DNA of 64,000 nucleotides, taken from positions 1-64,000 of IMG/VR virus record IMGVR_UViG_3300009085_000003; one strand, written 5' to 3'. This stretch comes from a virus. Of this stretch, positions 1 to 9,739 are shown piece after piece; position 1 is the stretch's first letter; every line of letters begins with the position of its first letter. Position numbers and translations under genes: made by a program. Under the pieces are notes generated by a model. It ran no database searches, had not been told where the DNA came from, and saw nothing but the letters and a program-made list of their open reading frames with translations.

Positions 1-1
1 C

Positions 2-292
2 GTTGCTGGATTGGAGCCTCCCTATCCTTGCAATCGCATGTTCTACCGTAAGCTCCGAGCCAGCGCCTTCAACTCCAATAGCAACAGCCAACGTACTTAT
101 ATTGGCTTCCAGTTCCTCAATGCTGGATTGAAGGGCATCTTCGAGAGGGCGCGATTGCCATTTCTCGATGGGCACTCCGTACCAGTTCATAGGGCACAAA
201 GCGTCACCACAAAACACGAGTTCATTTTTAGACAGTTCGTGACTTGAAAATGCGGCATGTTTACACAACGGGCACGATTTCAGTTCGCTCAT
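2..292 (-). CDS. Lar-like (restriction alleviation) zinc-finger protein, runs off window edge
   Basis: Hand-translated, not in ORF track: MSELKSCPLC...FCGDALC...KWQSRP followed by coiled coil; Lar-type MSELKxCPxC and W-x-x-R pattern. Confidence 0.55.
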   Translation of the reverse strand, partial: MSELKSCPLCKHAAFSSHELSKNELVFCGDALCPMNWYGVPIEKWQSRPLEDALQSSIEELEANISTLAVAIGVEGAGSELTVEHAIARIGRLQSSN

Positions 293-478
293 TCATACCT
301 CCTTACGATATGTTGCGTCGTGGGTGTTTTCCTGTTCATCTACTTTTTGCATAAACTCGTCTGTTATTGGTTTCTTCATATCATCATATTGGTAGGTATA
401 GATATAAAGTTCCTCCTCGCAGTAAGTACAAATACCACCACGGGTTTCAGAACCACATTTTGTACACTTACCCATCAC
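293..478 (-). CDS. small CxxC...CxxC hypothetical protein
   Basis: ORF coupled to neighbours; CTKC and CTYC. Confidence 0.6.
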   Translation of the reverse strand: MMGKCTKCGSETRGGICTYCEEELYIYTYQYDDMKKPITDEFMQKVDEQENTHDATYRKEV

Positions 479-753
479 CCACCTTCCTTACGATAGGCTG
501 TGTAGCGACTGACGATACAGTCGGGGGAGTGGGTTGTGCCATCGCTATCATACGGGCTTGGTTGAATCGCGTCGCAGTATCGACAAAAATCGCCATCGCG
601 TCTCCACCCATTCGCCACTATACTGCGTAACTCGGATAGCTCGACAAGGGCATCCAAAGCTTCGATAGGGCTAAGCGGGAATATTGTGGTCGGTCTTTCG
701 TCTGTGAGATAATCTACTATTTCATCCACTCGCTCTTTACTAATAATGTTCAT
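475..753 (-). CDS. hypothetical phage protein (CxxC...HxxxC)
   Basis: Overlapping stop/start with neighbours; FCRYC...HSPDC. Confidence 0.6.
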   Translation of the reverse strand: MNIISKERVDEIVDYLTDERPTTIFPLSPIEALDALVELSELRSIVANGWRRDGDFCRYCDAIQPSPYDSDGTTHSPDCIVSRYTAYRKEGG

Positions 754-980
754 TTATTCACCTCTTTCAGGGCGGCATAATCACTCTGCCAAACAGAGAT
801 GTCATTTATCACTGCGCTTACACTACGGAAGTGACCCAGCACAAGATTCACTCTCTCCAGCAGTTCACGGGAGACGATTAGCTCTTTTGCCAAATCATCA
901 ACCTCTCTGGAGCCACGAACCCACTTCCAGTCACCAGAGGCTAGTTTTTTCAATCGCATGTCACTTATTCTGTCCATCAT
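750..980 (-). CDS. hypothetical phage protein
   Basis: Tightly packed minus-strand ORF with AAGGAG RBS. Confidence 0.55.
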   Translation of the reverse strand: MMDRISDMRLKKLASGDWKWVRGSREVDDLAKELIVSRELLERVNLVLGHFRSVSAVINDISVWQSDYAALKEVNK

Positions 981-1167
981 CTATCTCCTTGTCACTCCGT
1001 TGTTCACGTAATGTGATGTTGAACGCCTGCCACGCCAGAATCCGCCCCCACCACGTACCGAATGCGAACCACACTATCGAACCTAGAAACCAAGCGGCGA
1101 CTATTACCATTCCGGTATCTACTGACATAATAGCTACAAGAATTTTGACCAACAACTCCGTGCTCAT
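961..1167 (-). CDS. small membrane protein
   Basis: Hydrophobic N-terminal 45 aa; GGAGG RBS. Confidence 0.55.
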   Translation of the reverse strand: MSTELLVKILVAIMSVDTGMVIVAAWFLGSIVWFAFGTWWGRILAWQAFNITLREQRSDKEIDDGQNK

Positions 1168-1178
1168 CGCGGTACCTC

Positions 1179-1673
1179 CTACAGCAAGATTAGGCTCTTT
1201 ATGAAATCCGGGTCGGGCTTGATATGCTCCAAACTCCAGTTACGCTCTTTAAGCGCCTCGTAGAACAGAAACCATGGATTGAGAGACGCAGCCGCCCTGA
1301 GCTTGGCTCTGGCGTCCCGGTAGTTTGTCTGACGCTTACTGCCCTTCACCTCGACGCACACTATCATTCCGTTGTCCATGACATAAACAAAGTCTGGGGT
1401 ATACGAACCACCCGGCAGCTTGAACGTGAGCCACTCGTATAGCCGCGCCGAGACAGTGCGCCCGGTGGCGCCACTAATCAGCACAGCATCATACTGACGC
1501 CACTCATCCTCAACGGTCGAGCGAGACCGCAGGTAGAATTCCATCAACGTACGGTCGGCTGTGGATGGTGGCTTGCCGGATACCACATAGGCTTGTATGG
1601 CTTGGATAACTTCGCTGTCCAAACCATACTTCATTACTTTATCAACCGTGCTGAGTTGTTTTGCACGCGCCAT
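1179..1673 (-). CDS. PD-(D/E)xK endonuclease (DUF1064-like)
   Basis: YTPDF...VEVKG motif. Confidence 0.75.
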   Translation of the reverse strand: MARAKQLSTVDKVMKYGLDSEVIQAIQAYVVSGKPPSTADRTLMEFYLRSRSTVEDEWRQYDAVLISGATGRTVSARLYEWLTFKLPGGSYTPDFVYVMDNGMIVCVEVKGSKRQTNYRDARAKLRAAASLNPWFLFYEALKERNWSLEHIKPDPDFIKSLILL

Positions 1674-2668
1674 TACTCACCTCCAAATCGTAACCAGTGA
1701 ATCTCGTCACGCAGTATACCCGTCACCGATTCCGGGAGCACTATCTCAAAATTCACCAAAAGGCTAAAACATAACACGTGGCTCATCCACAACACATGTG
1801 GCTTGAAACTATCTGCCAGCTTGTGCCCGGTCTTGGCAGATGAGTCCCCAAAGAACTCTACAGTATCTGTAATGATTTTCTGGACACGCCGCGCATCGCC
1901 CGTCGAATCGGCAAGTTTATTAACCGCCAGTTGCAAGCGCTTGGCACGCTGGGCAATCACGTCGTTACTATACAGGCTTTCGTTCTCTTGGGCATTCATA
2001 ATCAGCTGCTCGAGCAACGCGACACCCACCTCCAAATATATCTCGGGCATCTTACGAATCACGTAGTCCTGCTTGACGCCCTGCTCGATGGAGGTCTTAA
2101 ACATGACCGATACATCTTCGCCACTCAATAGTGCGCCACGCTTAGTGTGCACGGCGCGATTCACCATGGTATTGTTAAGGCTGGCGACCACGATGTTGAG
2201 GTTTGCAAGGATTGCTGTGGGTGTTTGTTCTCCAAACCGGGATACCACGCCGTGCCCTAGGATACAGGACTCTGGGTACCCAGCCCGCCACACGGCACTC
2301 ATACCGCGACAAAAATCAGCAAGACGCTCGTACCCGCCCTCTGCTAGTTTGGCAACGTATAACGCCACCATCTTGTGCCGCGCAGACTCGAGGGCGCACA
2401 CACGCAGGTCAGACATAACATCATTGGTATTATATCGGGGATACTTGTCGCCCATGGCGTCCACCAGTTGCTTGGCGATAGCTGGCACATCAGAGTCTGG
2501 CTTAATGAACTCGACCTCAGCCATGTCGTTGACACGCTGGTGGTCGATGCGTTTCTCGCCATGCAGCATATTCAGGGCTTCGTCTTTGCTGTCTGCATAT
2601 ACCTTGGCGTAGAACACGCACGCTTTTTGCAAGATGTCTGGGGTGATATCCGTTCTCTGTTCTGACAT
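1673..2668 (-). CDS. hypothetical protein
   Basis: Long ORF; GGAGAGG RBS before ATG at 2668. Confidence 0.7.
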   Translation of the reverse strand: MSEQRTDITPDILQKACVFYAKVYADSKDEALNMLHGEKRIDHQRVNDMAEVEFIKPDSDVPAIAKQLVDAMGDKYPRYNTNDVMSDLRVCALESARHKMVALYVAKLAEGGYERLADFCRGMSAVWRAGYPESCILGHGVVSRFGEQTPTAILANLNIVVASLNNTMVNRAVHTKRGALLSGEDVSVMFKTSIEQGVKQDYVIRKMPEIYLEVGVALLEQLIMNAQENESLYSNDVIAQRAKRLQLAVNKLADSTGDARRVQKIITDTVEFFGDSSAKTGHKLADSFKPHVLWMSHVLCFSLLVNFEIVLPESVTGILRDEIHWLRFGGE

Positions 2669-2693
2669 TATCAATCCTCTCCACGAACTAGAT

Positions 2694-2829
2694 TTGCCGA
2701 GTCAGGATTTGAACCTGATTGCCTACCATTTCGTCCATCCACCTGCTTTCGCATTTGACGCTTCACGCTAGGTTGGTAGACCGAGAAGTGTCCTAACCTC
2801 CTCTGTGTGTTCCACCACACCGCCCGGCA
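2694..2829 (-). ncRNA. tRNA-like RNA with enlarged variable arm and non-canonical anticodon loop
   Basis: 7-bp acceptor stem TGCCGGG/CTCGGCA; D-like hairpin GTGTG-GTGGAA-CACAC; T-arm TCAGG-TTCAAAT-CCTGA; own promoter directly upstream. Confidence 0.7.
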
Positions 2830-2834
2830 TCATC

Positions 2835-2862
2835 ATTGTAGCACATTGGCAGGTTTTGTCAA
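2835..2862 (-). promoter_or_regulatory. sigma70-type promoter for the tRNA-like RNA
   Basis: TTGACA-16nt-TACAAT with TGn extension. Confidence 0.7.
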
Positions 2863-4184
2863 GCGCCTCTTTCGGGACTGGCAAGATAGAACTTTTGTTC
2901 TTTGAGCGCGTATTCCAAGCGCACCACTGTATCGATGGAGCCGATACGGTTTTTGCGTATCCACAGCTCGGTCTCCTTAACGTTTGAGGCTGAGTTGGAG
3001 GCTGAGGCTTCACTCAGGTCTGGGCGGTACAGCATCATCACGCAATCGGCTTTTTGTTCAATGTCACCAGACCACCGCAGGTCAGACAACACCGGGCGCC
3101 GGTCGCCCTCCTCAGCACCGCGGTTGAGTTGGTGCACGCACATCACATGCGCATTGTATTTTTTGGACAGGTTCCGCAAATACGTTACGACCGCTGCCAG
3201 CCACATCACTGGGCTATCGGATTTTTTGTCGTCCTCGTCGATTTCATCCAAGTGGTCGACCACAATGAAGTCCGGCTTGCACGCAGCCACCGCGTGGTGT
3301 ATCTCGGACAGCTTTCGGGACACACTATCCACAAACAGGGTGTTGGGGAATTGCTGAGCCAGTCGGGTGGACTCTTTGATAAGCAGGTCGTTTTGCAACT
3401 CCGAGGTTTTACCGGCAACCACGTCACGCCACTCGATACGCATGGAGCCCGCGGCTGTGCGTGCCCACAAGTCCTCGCCGCGCAGCTCGGTGCTGAAATA
3501 GATAGCCTTTTTACCCATCGACGCGACATACTGTGCCATCTGCCACGCCAGCGCCGTTTTGCCCACAGACGTTCTGGCAGCTAACACGCTCAGCTGGGTA
3601 CGCTGCAACAGCCCCAGCGCATTATCCAGCGTGCTCAGTCCAGTAGAGACACCATCCCAGCCCTGCTTGACGCTCGCGTTAAATTTGGCAACTATCGTGT
3701 CGATATTTTCAAACGACGGCTTGCCTTGGTTGGAGTCCTTGGATAGCGTCTTGCTCATGATATCGACCGCGCCCATCAGGTCTCTGGCGGACATAAACTT
3801 CATCGCGCCCTCAATGGCGGTCAGGAAATCAATCTCACGCCCGAGCGCTACCATCCGGTCAGCATAGTGGTCGATTCGTTTCAGGTCGGGGGTCTGGTTT
3901 ATCCAGTCAATAAATCCGGCGTCGTTCTGGATGGCGTCGAGAGCCACCATGGGGTCTTGAGATTCCAACAGCGCACGCCAGACCTTGCCAGCGGCAACGT
4001 CACAGAACGAATCCGGGGATACCCATGCATATTCACTCAGGGCAATCTTGGTGTCATGTCCAATGGACGCTGCCACAAACCGGCGCTCGACGTCGCGTTT
4101 TTCCTGCGTGGTCGCCCGGAGAACATCACCGGTGCGTATCTTGGGTTGTAAAGCGGGAGACTGATTTTCGGCTGTCATCACCAC
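2859..4184 (-). CDS. dnaB: DnaB-like replicative helicase
   Basis: AARTSVGKT Walker A, FSTE, VVDHL, HQLNR, LSDLRWSGDIEQKAD, KNRIG. Confidence 0.95.
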   Translation of the reverse strand: MVMTAENQSPALQPKIRTGDVLRATTQEKRDVERRFVAASIGHDTKIALSEYAWVSPDSFCDVAAGKVWRALLESQDPMVALDAIQNDAGFIDWINQTPDLKRIDHYADRMVALGREIDFLTAIEGAMKFMSARDLMGAVDIMSKTLSKDSNQGKPSFENIDTIVAKFNASVKQGWDGVSTGLSTLDNALGLLQRTQLSVLAARTSVGKTALAWQMAQYVASMGKKAIYFSTELRGEDLWARTAAGSMRIEWRDVVAGKTSELQNDLLIKESTRLAQQFPNTLFVDSVSRKLSEIHHAVAACKPDFIVVDHLDEIDEDDKKSDSPVMWLAAVVTYLRNLSKKYNAHVMCVHQLNRGAEEGDRRPVLSDLRWSGDIEQKADCVMMLYRPDLSEASASNSASNVKETELWIRKNRIGSIDTVVRLEYALKEQKFYLASPERGA

Positions 4185-5188
4185 ACCTCGTTTGCGGATT
4201 CTATTCCAAGGTCACCCTTACGCTTGGGTTTTGACTTGAGGCTGTAAGCCATGTTCGTGACGCTTTTGGGTGAGCCGATAGGCAGCTCGTCCTCGCGCAT
4301 TTTTTTGATAGCCCGCTCGATATCATCCGGCGTCAAGCCTATCGCAATCTGCTTACGAAATTCCTTGAGCCAAAAACCAAACTCGTCCCCGGTCGCCATT
4401 CGCCCGAACAGGGTGCAAAACCGCTGGGCAAGCACACGTACATCCTCTGGGAATTTACTGGCGTCGATAATTTTGACCTCGTGCTCTTGTGCGTTCCGGG
4501 CTATCCCGCGGTTCATCGCTTTGCGTGCGCTCTCCCTCCGAAGAATTGCAGGGTTGACCCCTTGTGGGTCATCTGTCGTAGTCTCTGTTAAGTTAACAGT
4601 ATCAGGTACTGTTAACGTTAACGGTACGCTAGAGGGAATTTCGGGTGTAGCATTGTCCGCTGGCGGACAGGGCGATGTATCGCCACAAACAGGGTCGTCC
4701 TGCCGAAAGACCATCTGTTGACCCTCCTCTGGTGGATTATCATCCGGGTCATTCAACGGAACCATAATGACCGGGGAGGCATGAACCACAGCCGGGCGAA
4801 ACGGTATGATGGGCTTGGAGACCACCGGTTTGTTTTTATCAATAAACAACTGCCAAAGCTCACCTAGCTTTTCGAGGTCTAGCTCATAATAGGTGGTCTG
4901 GTGCTCTCTCCACATCCCGACCGACAACTTAACGATACCCATATTTGCCAGAAGCTCTTTGGCTGCCCGGAGTCCATACCGGGACATACAGAGCTCGTCA
5001 CAGAACTCAGCATCCGATTTATAGATGCCCTCATTTGCCGCCCTCGGGTACCAGTATAGCAACTGCCCGAGCAACACCCCGGCGTCATAGGAGCCTGTGA
5101 ATTTGATGAATGCCTTGGAAACCATGAAGTAATTCCTGTCCCCCGAAACTTGCAGTAGCGTCGCCGCCAAAGAATTTGTTGACGTCAT
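4178..5188 (-). CDS. phage replication initiator (winged-helix N-terminus)
   Basis: LLGQLLYW...YKSDAEFCDELCMS wHTH, Pro-rich linker, directly upstream of DnaB. Confidence 0.75.
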   Translation of the reverse strand: MTSTNSLAATLLQVSGDRNYFMVSKAFIKFTGSYDAGVLLGQLLYWYPRAANEGIYKSDAEFCDELCMSRYGLRAAKELLANMGIVKLSVGMWREHQTTYYELDLEKLGELWQLFIDKNKPVVSKPIIPFRPAVVHASPVIMVPLNDPDDNPPEEGQQMVFRQDDPVCGDTSPCPPADNATPEIPSSVPLTLTVPDTVNLTETTTDDPQGVNPAILRRESARKAMNRGIARNAQEHEVKIIDASKFPEDVRVLAQRFCTLFGRMATGDEFGFWLKEFRKQIAIGLTPDDIERAIKKMREDELPIGSPKSVTNMAYSLKSKPKRKGDLGIESANEVW

Positions 5189-5240
5189 CGAGACCTCTCT
5201 CAAACTAGGATTCCCTCAAACCGAAAACAGGGTGACCACT

Positions 5241-5269
5241 ATTCTACAGAGTTAAGTCCTTAAAGTCAA
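5241..5269 (-). promoter_or_regulatory. promoter of replication operon
   Basis: TTGACT-17nt-TAGAAT. Confidence 0.6.
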
Positions 5270-5305
5270 TAGAACAAACATTCTGATGTACTAAAATGTC
5301 AGGTA

Positions 5306-5334
5306 TTGACATTGTGTTTACAATATGCTATAGT
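5306..5334 (+). promoter_or_regulatory. divergent promoter
   Basis: TTGACA-17nt-TATAGT with TGn. Confidence 0.65.
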
Positions 5335-5356
5335 GGACACACATATAGGAGTGACT

Positions 5357-5557
5357 ATGACAAGGAAACGTTTTGACAGTCAGTTTGCTTTCCCGTGGAG
5401 CCACGTGATGCGTGAGGGGTACGACAAGTTAGCCGCAAGGCGGAACACGACCGTATCACAAATCATTCGTGATGTCCTGTGGGACAATCTGCTTAAAGAG
5501 GGCTTAGTGAAAGACGAACCACTAACCCCCATCGCTCAGCCCGAAACAACTGAGTAG
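5357..5557 (+). CDS. ribbon-helix-helix DNA-binding protein
   Basis: QFAFPW strand, YDKLAARRNTTVSQIIRDVL helices; AGGAG RBS. Confidence 0.65.
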   Translation: MTRKRFDSQFAFPWSHVMREGYDKLAARRNTTVSQIIRDVLWDNLLKEGLVKDEPLTPIAQPETTE

Positions 5558-5581
5558 ACCAATCAGAGAGGATAACAACAC

Positions 5582-6229
5582 ATGACCGACCCAACCCCAA
5601 GCGGTGCGGCTGCTTCAACGCCGCAAGTAACAGCCACCCCTGACCCCCAGCCTGATATTATCATTCAGGATGGCGAGCAGGCTTTACTGGGTGAGGCTGG
5701 CGGTATCGCGTATACGGATAACTGCCTGCTTGACCCGACAACCAAAATCCGTGTGAACCTGACGGCTCGAGGGCTCACCACTGACAAAGCTGCCACACTC
5801 TTAATGCAAACCGTGACCCGGTTACTTGCTCAGGGGTGGACAATCGTTGAGAGCGCCAAGAACACGCCGCGCCAATCCACCACCAATAACAGCGCTTCAC
5901 TTAAGGCGCTCCCTACCAGCACCGGCGCCCCAGCCAAACCAGCTGGAGCCGTCCAGTCACTGGGAGCTCCCGTCAACGTACCCGGACAGGTTGGCGGGTC
6001 TGGGGAGGTTGTCAGCATCACCAGCATTGCCCACAATGTTACCAAAAACGGCACACACTGTATCACGTGCCGCGGCGGTAAGTACGTGAAGTGGGGCTTG
6101 ACCCTCTACCCGGAAAACATCCCGGCGGACTGGCAGGCATTCCAGCAGTGGAACGTTGGAGAATTCTATGCTCTGGAGAACCCACAAAATGTTCTCACCG
6201 ATGGTACCAAAGTCTTAAAGGTTCTATAG
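5582..6229 (+). CDS. hypothetical protein
   Basis: ORF with RBS; low-complexity linker and beta-rich C-terminus. Confidence 0.65.
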   Translation: MTDPTPSGAAASTPQVTATPDPQPDIIIQDGEQALLGEAGGIAYTDNCLLDPTTKIRVNLTARGLTTDKAATLLMQTVTRLLAQGWTIVESAKNTPRQSTTNNSASLKALPTSTGAPAKPAGAVQSLGAPVNVPGQVGGSGEVVSITSIAHNVTKNGTHCITCRGGKYVKWGLTLYPENIPADWQAFQQWNVGEFYALENPQNVLTDGTKVLKVL

Positions 6230-6238
6230 GCTTACGAC

Positions 6239-6766
6239 ATGGCGTCCAAACCGGTTATCACCCACCAAGGCTCTATGAATGCCGCACCGTCCATTACCAA
6301 TCTGGTCGGTAGTTTGGCATCACAGAAACCGCGCCGGGTGGTATCCAAGGTGGATTTGACCAAGGTAGTTGATATGCGCGTGGACTCAGCTATGGTAGAC
6401 GATAACCACTTGGGCGATATAGATTATGAGGAGGAGGACTCCCTGCCTCGTCTACCATATCGCTGGGGTTGGTATAAAAAAATCAACAATACCATTTATG
6501 CGCTGGCATACGCCAAGCCCCGCAGGGGGAATCAAGGCGCTCTCAGGGGAGGGCTCACCTTATTAGATGGTATCGCCCCGCTCTTGGATAAAATATTCGA
6601 TGCCAATGCTGACGAACCCGCCAAAATGCAACAGCTGCAAAAGCTCTTGATTGACCAAGCTGGTCTATTGGAGGGCAGCGCCAAAACCATGCGCGTGCTG
6701 GCAGACGTCATCCGTATTCAAAGCGCAAGCCGAACACCCGGAGTATATGTAGACGACGACCAATAA
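6239..6766 (+). CDS. hypothetical protein
   Basis: ORF continuing the plus-strand operon. Confidence 0.6.
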   Translation: MASKPVITHQGSMNAAPSITNLVGSLASQKPRRVVSKVDLTKVVDMRVDSAMVDDNHLGDIDYEEEDSLPRLPYRWGWYKKINNTIYALAYAKPRRGNQGALRGGLTLLDGIAPLLDKIFDANADEPAKMQQLQKLLIDQAGLLEGSAKTMRVLADVIRIQSASRTPGVYVDDDQ

Positions 6767-6776
6767 AAACTGGTAC

Positions 6777-6822
6777 TTGACAAACCCCCACAAAGTGCTA
6801 TAATCATAGTGTAATACAGTGT
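6777..6822 (+). promoter_or_regulatory. promoter, copy 1 of duplicated promoter/leader
   Basis: TTGACA-16nt-TATAAT; 31 nt identical to 9755-9785. Confidence 0.8.
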
Positions 6823-6850
6823 AAGACAAATCATTTTCAGGAGAGGTAAA

Positions 6851-7951
6851 ATGACAAAGTTTGTTGGTGCTTATCCGAAAGTAATCAAAGAGGTGCTTAC
6901 TACCTCGGCAGTCTCCGGCGAAAACGCCATGCTGCTATCGTCACCCGGCTGGGGCAAGACCGAAATGGCTTTGCAGACCGCGCTGGGTATCACCAAGTCC
7001 AAAGACAACGTTATCTTTTTAGAGCTCGACCCCGCCACGCCGCCTGAGGTTGTTCGCGGTTCATATGACCCGGCGCAGGCTTTGCAGGGCAAGTTGGTTC
7101 GGATGCTTGAGAATACCCCCTACGACCCCAAAGCCAGAATCGTTATTCTGGACGAGTTGTGGCGGGCGAACGACGTCTTGTTCGATGCTCTGGTGCACGC
7201 CACCTCCAATAAGATGGCAAACCCGGTAACCAAACCTGTGTTCTGGGGCACCAGCAATTTCACTGGTAAGGCAGAACGCGTGGCGGCTCTGCAAGACCGT
7301 TTCGCAATCTGGTACTACCTGTCAACCCCAGACCTCGAAATCAAATCCATCGTGTCGGCTCATCTGAATGATGGTGACCCACAGAACGTGGACGGCGACT
7401 GGGCTATCGACCTGCCCGAGCTCAAGACAATTGAGTCGGTTCGTCAAGCCAAACCGAGCCAGTCCACTGTGGACGCCATTCAGGAAATTCTGTACTCACT
7501 GGCTGATGAGGCGATGCATCAATCTTTTTCAATCAACCCGCGCCGCATCGTCCAGTGGACTGCCATGGTCTACCGCATGGGTGTTCTGGAAACTGGTAAG
7601 AGCGATTTCACAGACATCCCGATGCGTGCCCGTCGCATCCTGCGCTGGGCTTATCCCTGCCCGGATGCGAACACAGCCAGCAAGTGGGCTGAGGTCAGCC
7701 GGGTCATGGAGGACTCCATCGGCGCCGCAATCGAGGCATATCGTGCCGAGGCTATCAACAAGTTTCGTAAAGTGTTCAAGCAATCTGATGCGTCCGCTCG
7801 GGCTGGTCAGGTTGCAGAGCTTGGTATGATGCTGGCGAATGCAGAGTCCGAGCTGATTAAAATCGGTGGCAAGGACGCTCGTGTGCAAGAGGTTATGTCC
7901 GAGCTTTCCAACCTGTTCGGTCGCGCCGTTCGTGGCGAAAAGATTGACTGA
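6851..7951 (+). CDS. MoxR/RavA-like AAA+ ATPase
   Basis: SSPGWGKT Walker A, VILDELWRA Walker B, GTSN sensor, ALQDRF. Confidence 0.85.
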   Translation: MTKFVGAYPKVIKEVLTTSAVSGENAMLLSSPGWGKTEMALQTALGITKSKDNVIFLELDPATPPEVVRGSYDPAQALQGKLVRMLENTPYDPKARIVILDELWRANDVLFDALVHATSNKMANPVTKPVFWGTSNFTGKAERVAALQDRFAIWYYLSTPDLEIKSIVSAHLNDGDPQNVDGDWAIDLPELKTIESVRQAKPSQSTVDAIQEILYSLADEAMHQSFSINPRRIVQWTAMVYRMGVLETGKSDFTDIPMRARRILRWAYPCPDANTASKWAEVSRVMEDSIGAAIEAYRAEAINKFRKVFKQSDASARAGQVAELGMMLANAESELIKIGGKDARVQEVMSELSNLFGRAVRGEKID

Positions 7952-7960
7952 GAGGCAGAC

Positions 7961-9646
7961 ATGAAAACATGCTCAGCTAAACCAAACGTATCAACTCTCA
8001 AGTTAACACCCGGTCAACGCACCCTCGGTGGAATGATAGAGCTTACCTTGGACAAGCCCTTTGGTTTTGGCAAGGACGAAATCCAACGCGCGTTCGACGA
8101 TTTAGCCGCCGACCTGTTCTGGAGTTACTACGCGGTCGAGCCTGAGCAACTCTCCGTTCCGAAAGACCAACTGCCAACCGAGCGCAAGTTTACTGGTATG
8201 CTCATCGACTGGTTACGCCAGACCCAAACATGGCAGGCTGGTCATGAGCGTACCGCTGGCTCGTTGGTGCACTCCGCCCTCACAGCCAACCGGATGTGGT
8301 CGCTACTCACCGACGATGACCTTATCCGCCAGATGCTGCAAAACATGGCTGAGTCTGCTGAGCTTGACAAACAGGCTGCCAAAAAAGAGCGTAGCGAAAA
8401 CAAAAACAGTGACTCTGAATCAGACTCATCTCCCTCCCAGTCCGACGGCGATGGTCAGGATGGTGATGGTCAGGACGGCGATGGTCAGGATGGCGATGGC
8501 GATGGTGATGGTGATAGTGATGGTCAGGATGGCGATAGTGACAATCAGAGCCAGCAGCCCAAGGCATCCTCGCAGGAGTTACGAAAACGCGCCAATAGCA
8601 AAGCAGCCAAGGCGCAACAGATGTTCGATAAGCTGACACAATCCAAGCACAATGAGGCTTTTCGTGCCGGGTTTGCCCAGCAAGCCAAAACCGATGCCAG
8701 CGACTCCATGGAAGTCTTAGCATCTTGGGGCGTGGAGCTTGACAAGATTCAGCCAAACGACATTGGCAAAATTCAGAATCTGCTCAACCGGGGCACTTTC
8801 GAGCGCCTCTCGGGTATGGTAGAGCTGTTCGGTCGTGCCAAGGGATTCGCCATCAGCGGTCGTATCAAATCTGCTGAGCGCCGCGGGTTCGTGGTTGTAC
8901 AGGATGGCTTTACACAAGACATCGCCTCCATCTTTCCGTCGGAGCGTTCGATGCTCATGTCAAGCAACCCGCTGTTACAGGCACAGGCTACCTGTGAGTA
9001 CGCTGACCATGGCTTGATGGGCATGGTCAAGGGGCACGACACAGACAAGCTGGGCTCGCTGGTTATCGCGGTGGACTCCAGTGGTTCCATGGGCACCCCG
9101 GTGCACTTGGACATCAACGATGACGGATTCGGCAGACAAGCTACCCGCCATCAGTCCGGTAGTTATTCAGCCGAGGAGGTTTCCAAGGGTCTGTCGCTGG
9201 CAATCACCAAAGCCGCCAAGACATTCGAGCAATACTATCATATGTTCTTGTTCGGCTGTGGCAGCGGATACGACTTTGTAAATTCCAGCACCAGCGACTT
9301 GGATACTCTGAGCTGGGCTGGCAAGCAATACGGCGGTGGTACCGATTTCGACTCAGCGCTTACCAAGTGTGTGGATATTATCAATAACGATGTTCCCGAG
9401 GCGGAGCGCAACAACGCTGACGTCTTGTTCATTACAGACGGTCAGGCGAATATCTCTGAATCGGTTGCTGAACAGCTCAAGAACCTTAAAGAAAACCGGG
9501 GCACTCGTTTTATCTTGATGTACATTGGCAGCGGTATCTCGCAAGTCAAACATCAGTTTAGACATATCTTCGATGCGTATATCGATGTGTGTAGCATTCC
9601 CAGCTTCGATGACCTCTCCCGGCAGGTTACCGATGCACTGAGGTAG
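7961..9646 (+). CDS. VWA-domain protein (ViaA/YehP-like MoxR partner)
   Basis: MIDAS VDSSGSM, GGGTDF, FITDG; acidic low-complexity insert. Confidence 0.85.
   Translation: MKTCSAKPNVSTLKLTPGQRTLGGMIELTLDKPFGFGKDEIQRAFDDLAADLFWSYYAVEPEQLSVPKDQLPTERKFTGMLIDWLRQTQTWQAGHERTAGSLVHSALTANRMWSLLTDDDLIRQMLQNMAESAELDKQAAKKERSENKNSDSESDSSPSQSDGDGQDGDGQDGDGQDGDGDGDGDSDGQDGDSDNQSQQPKASSQELRKRANSKAAKAQQMFDKLTQSKHNEAFRAGFAQQAKTDASDSMEVLASWGVELDKIQPNDIGKIQNLLNRGTFERLSGMVELFGRAKGFAISGRIKSAERRGFVVVQDGFTQDIASIFPSERSMLMSSNPLLQAQATCEYADHGLMGMVKGHDTDKLGSLVIAVDSSGSMGTPVHLDINDDGFGRQATRHQSGSYSAEEVSKGLSLAITKAAKTFEQYYHMFLFGCGSGYDFVNSSTSDLDTLSWAGKQYGGGTDFDSALTKCVDIINNDVPEAERNNADVLFITDGQANISESVAEQLKNLKENRGTRFILMYIGSGISQVKHQFRHIFDAYIDVCSIPSFDDLSRQVTDALR
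8444..8536 (+). repeat. in-frame DGDGQ/DG tandem repeat
   Basis: GA(C/T)GG(C/T)GATGGTCAG 15-mers and GATGG(C/T) 6-mers. Confidence 0.85.
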
Positions 9647-9673
9647 CCTGAAAAGCATCGGGCTGGATGCGCG

Positions 9674-9713
9674 ACCGAGACCCCACGGCAACATCCGGGG
9701 TCTCGGTTTTTTT
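9674..9713 (+). terminator. intrinsic terminator
   Basis: ACCGAGACCCC/GGGGTCTCGGT stem plus T-tract. Confidence 0.85.
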
Positions 9714-9739
9714 GTGCTCAAATCGGGGAAAATTCCCTA

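Noticed and set aside
2694-2829. Canonical tRNA, tmRNA or hammerhead ribozyme
   Set aside because: No 7-nt anticodon loop, too short for tmRNA, and no CUGAUGA core.
2768-3013. 81-aa ORF across the DnaB end
   Set aside because: Overlaps DnaB out of frame, the promoter and the structured RNA.
8444-8536. DGDGQ repeat as a regulatory or phase-variable array
   Set aside because: Units are multiples of 3 within an acidic linker typical of VWA partners of MoxR ATPases.
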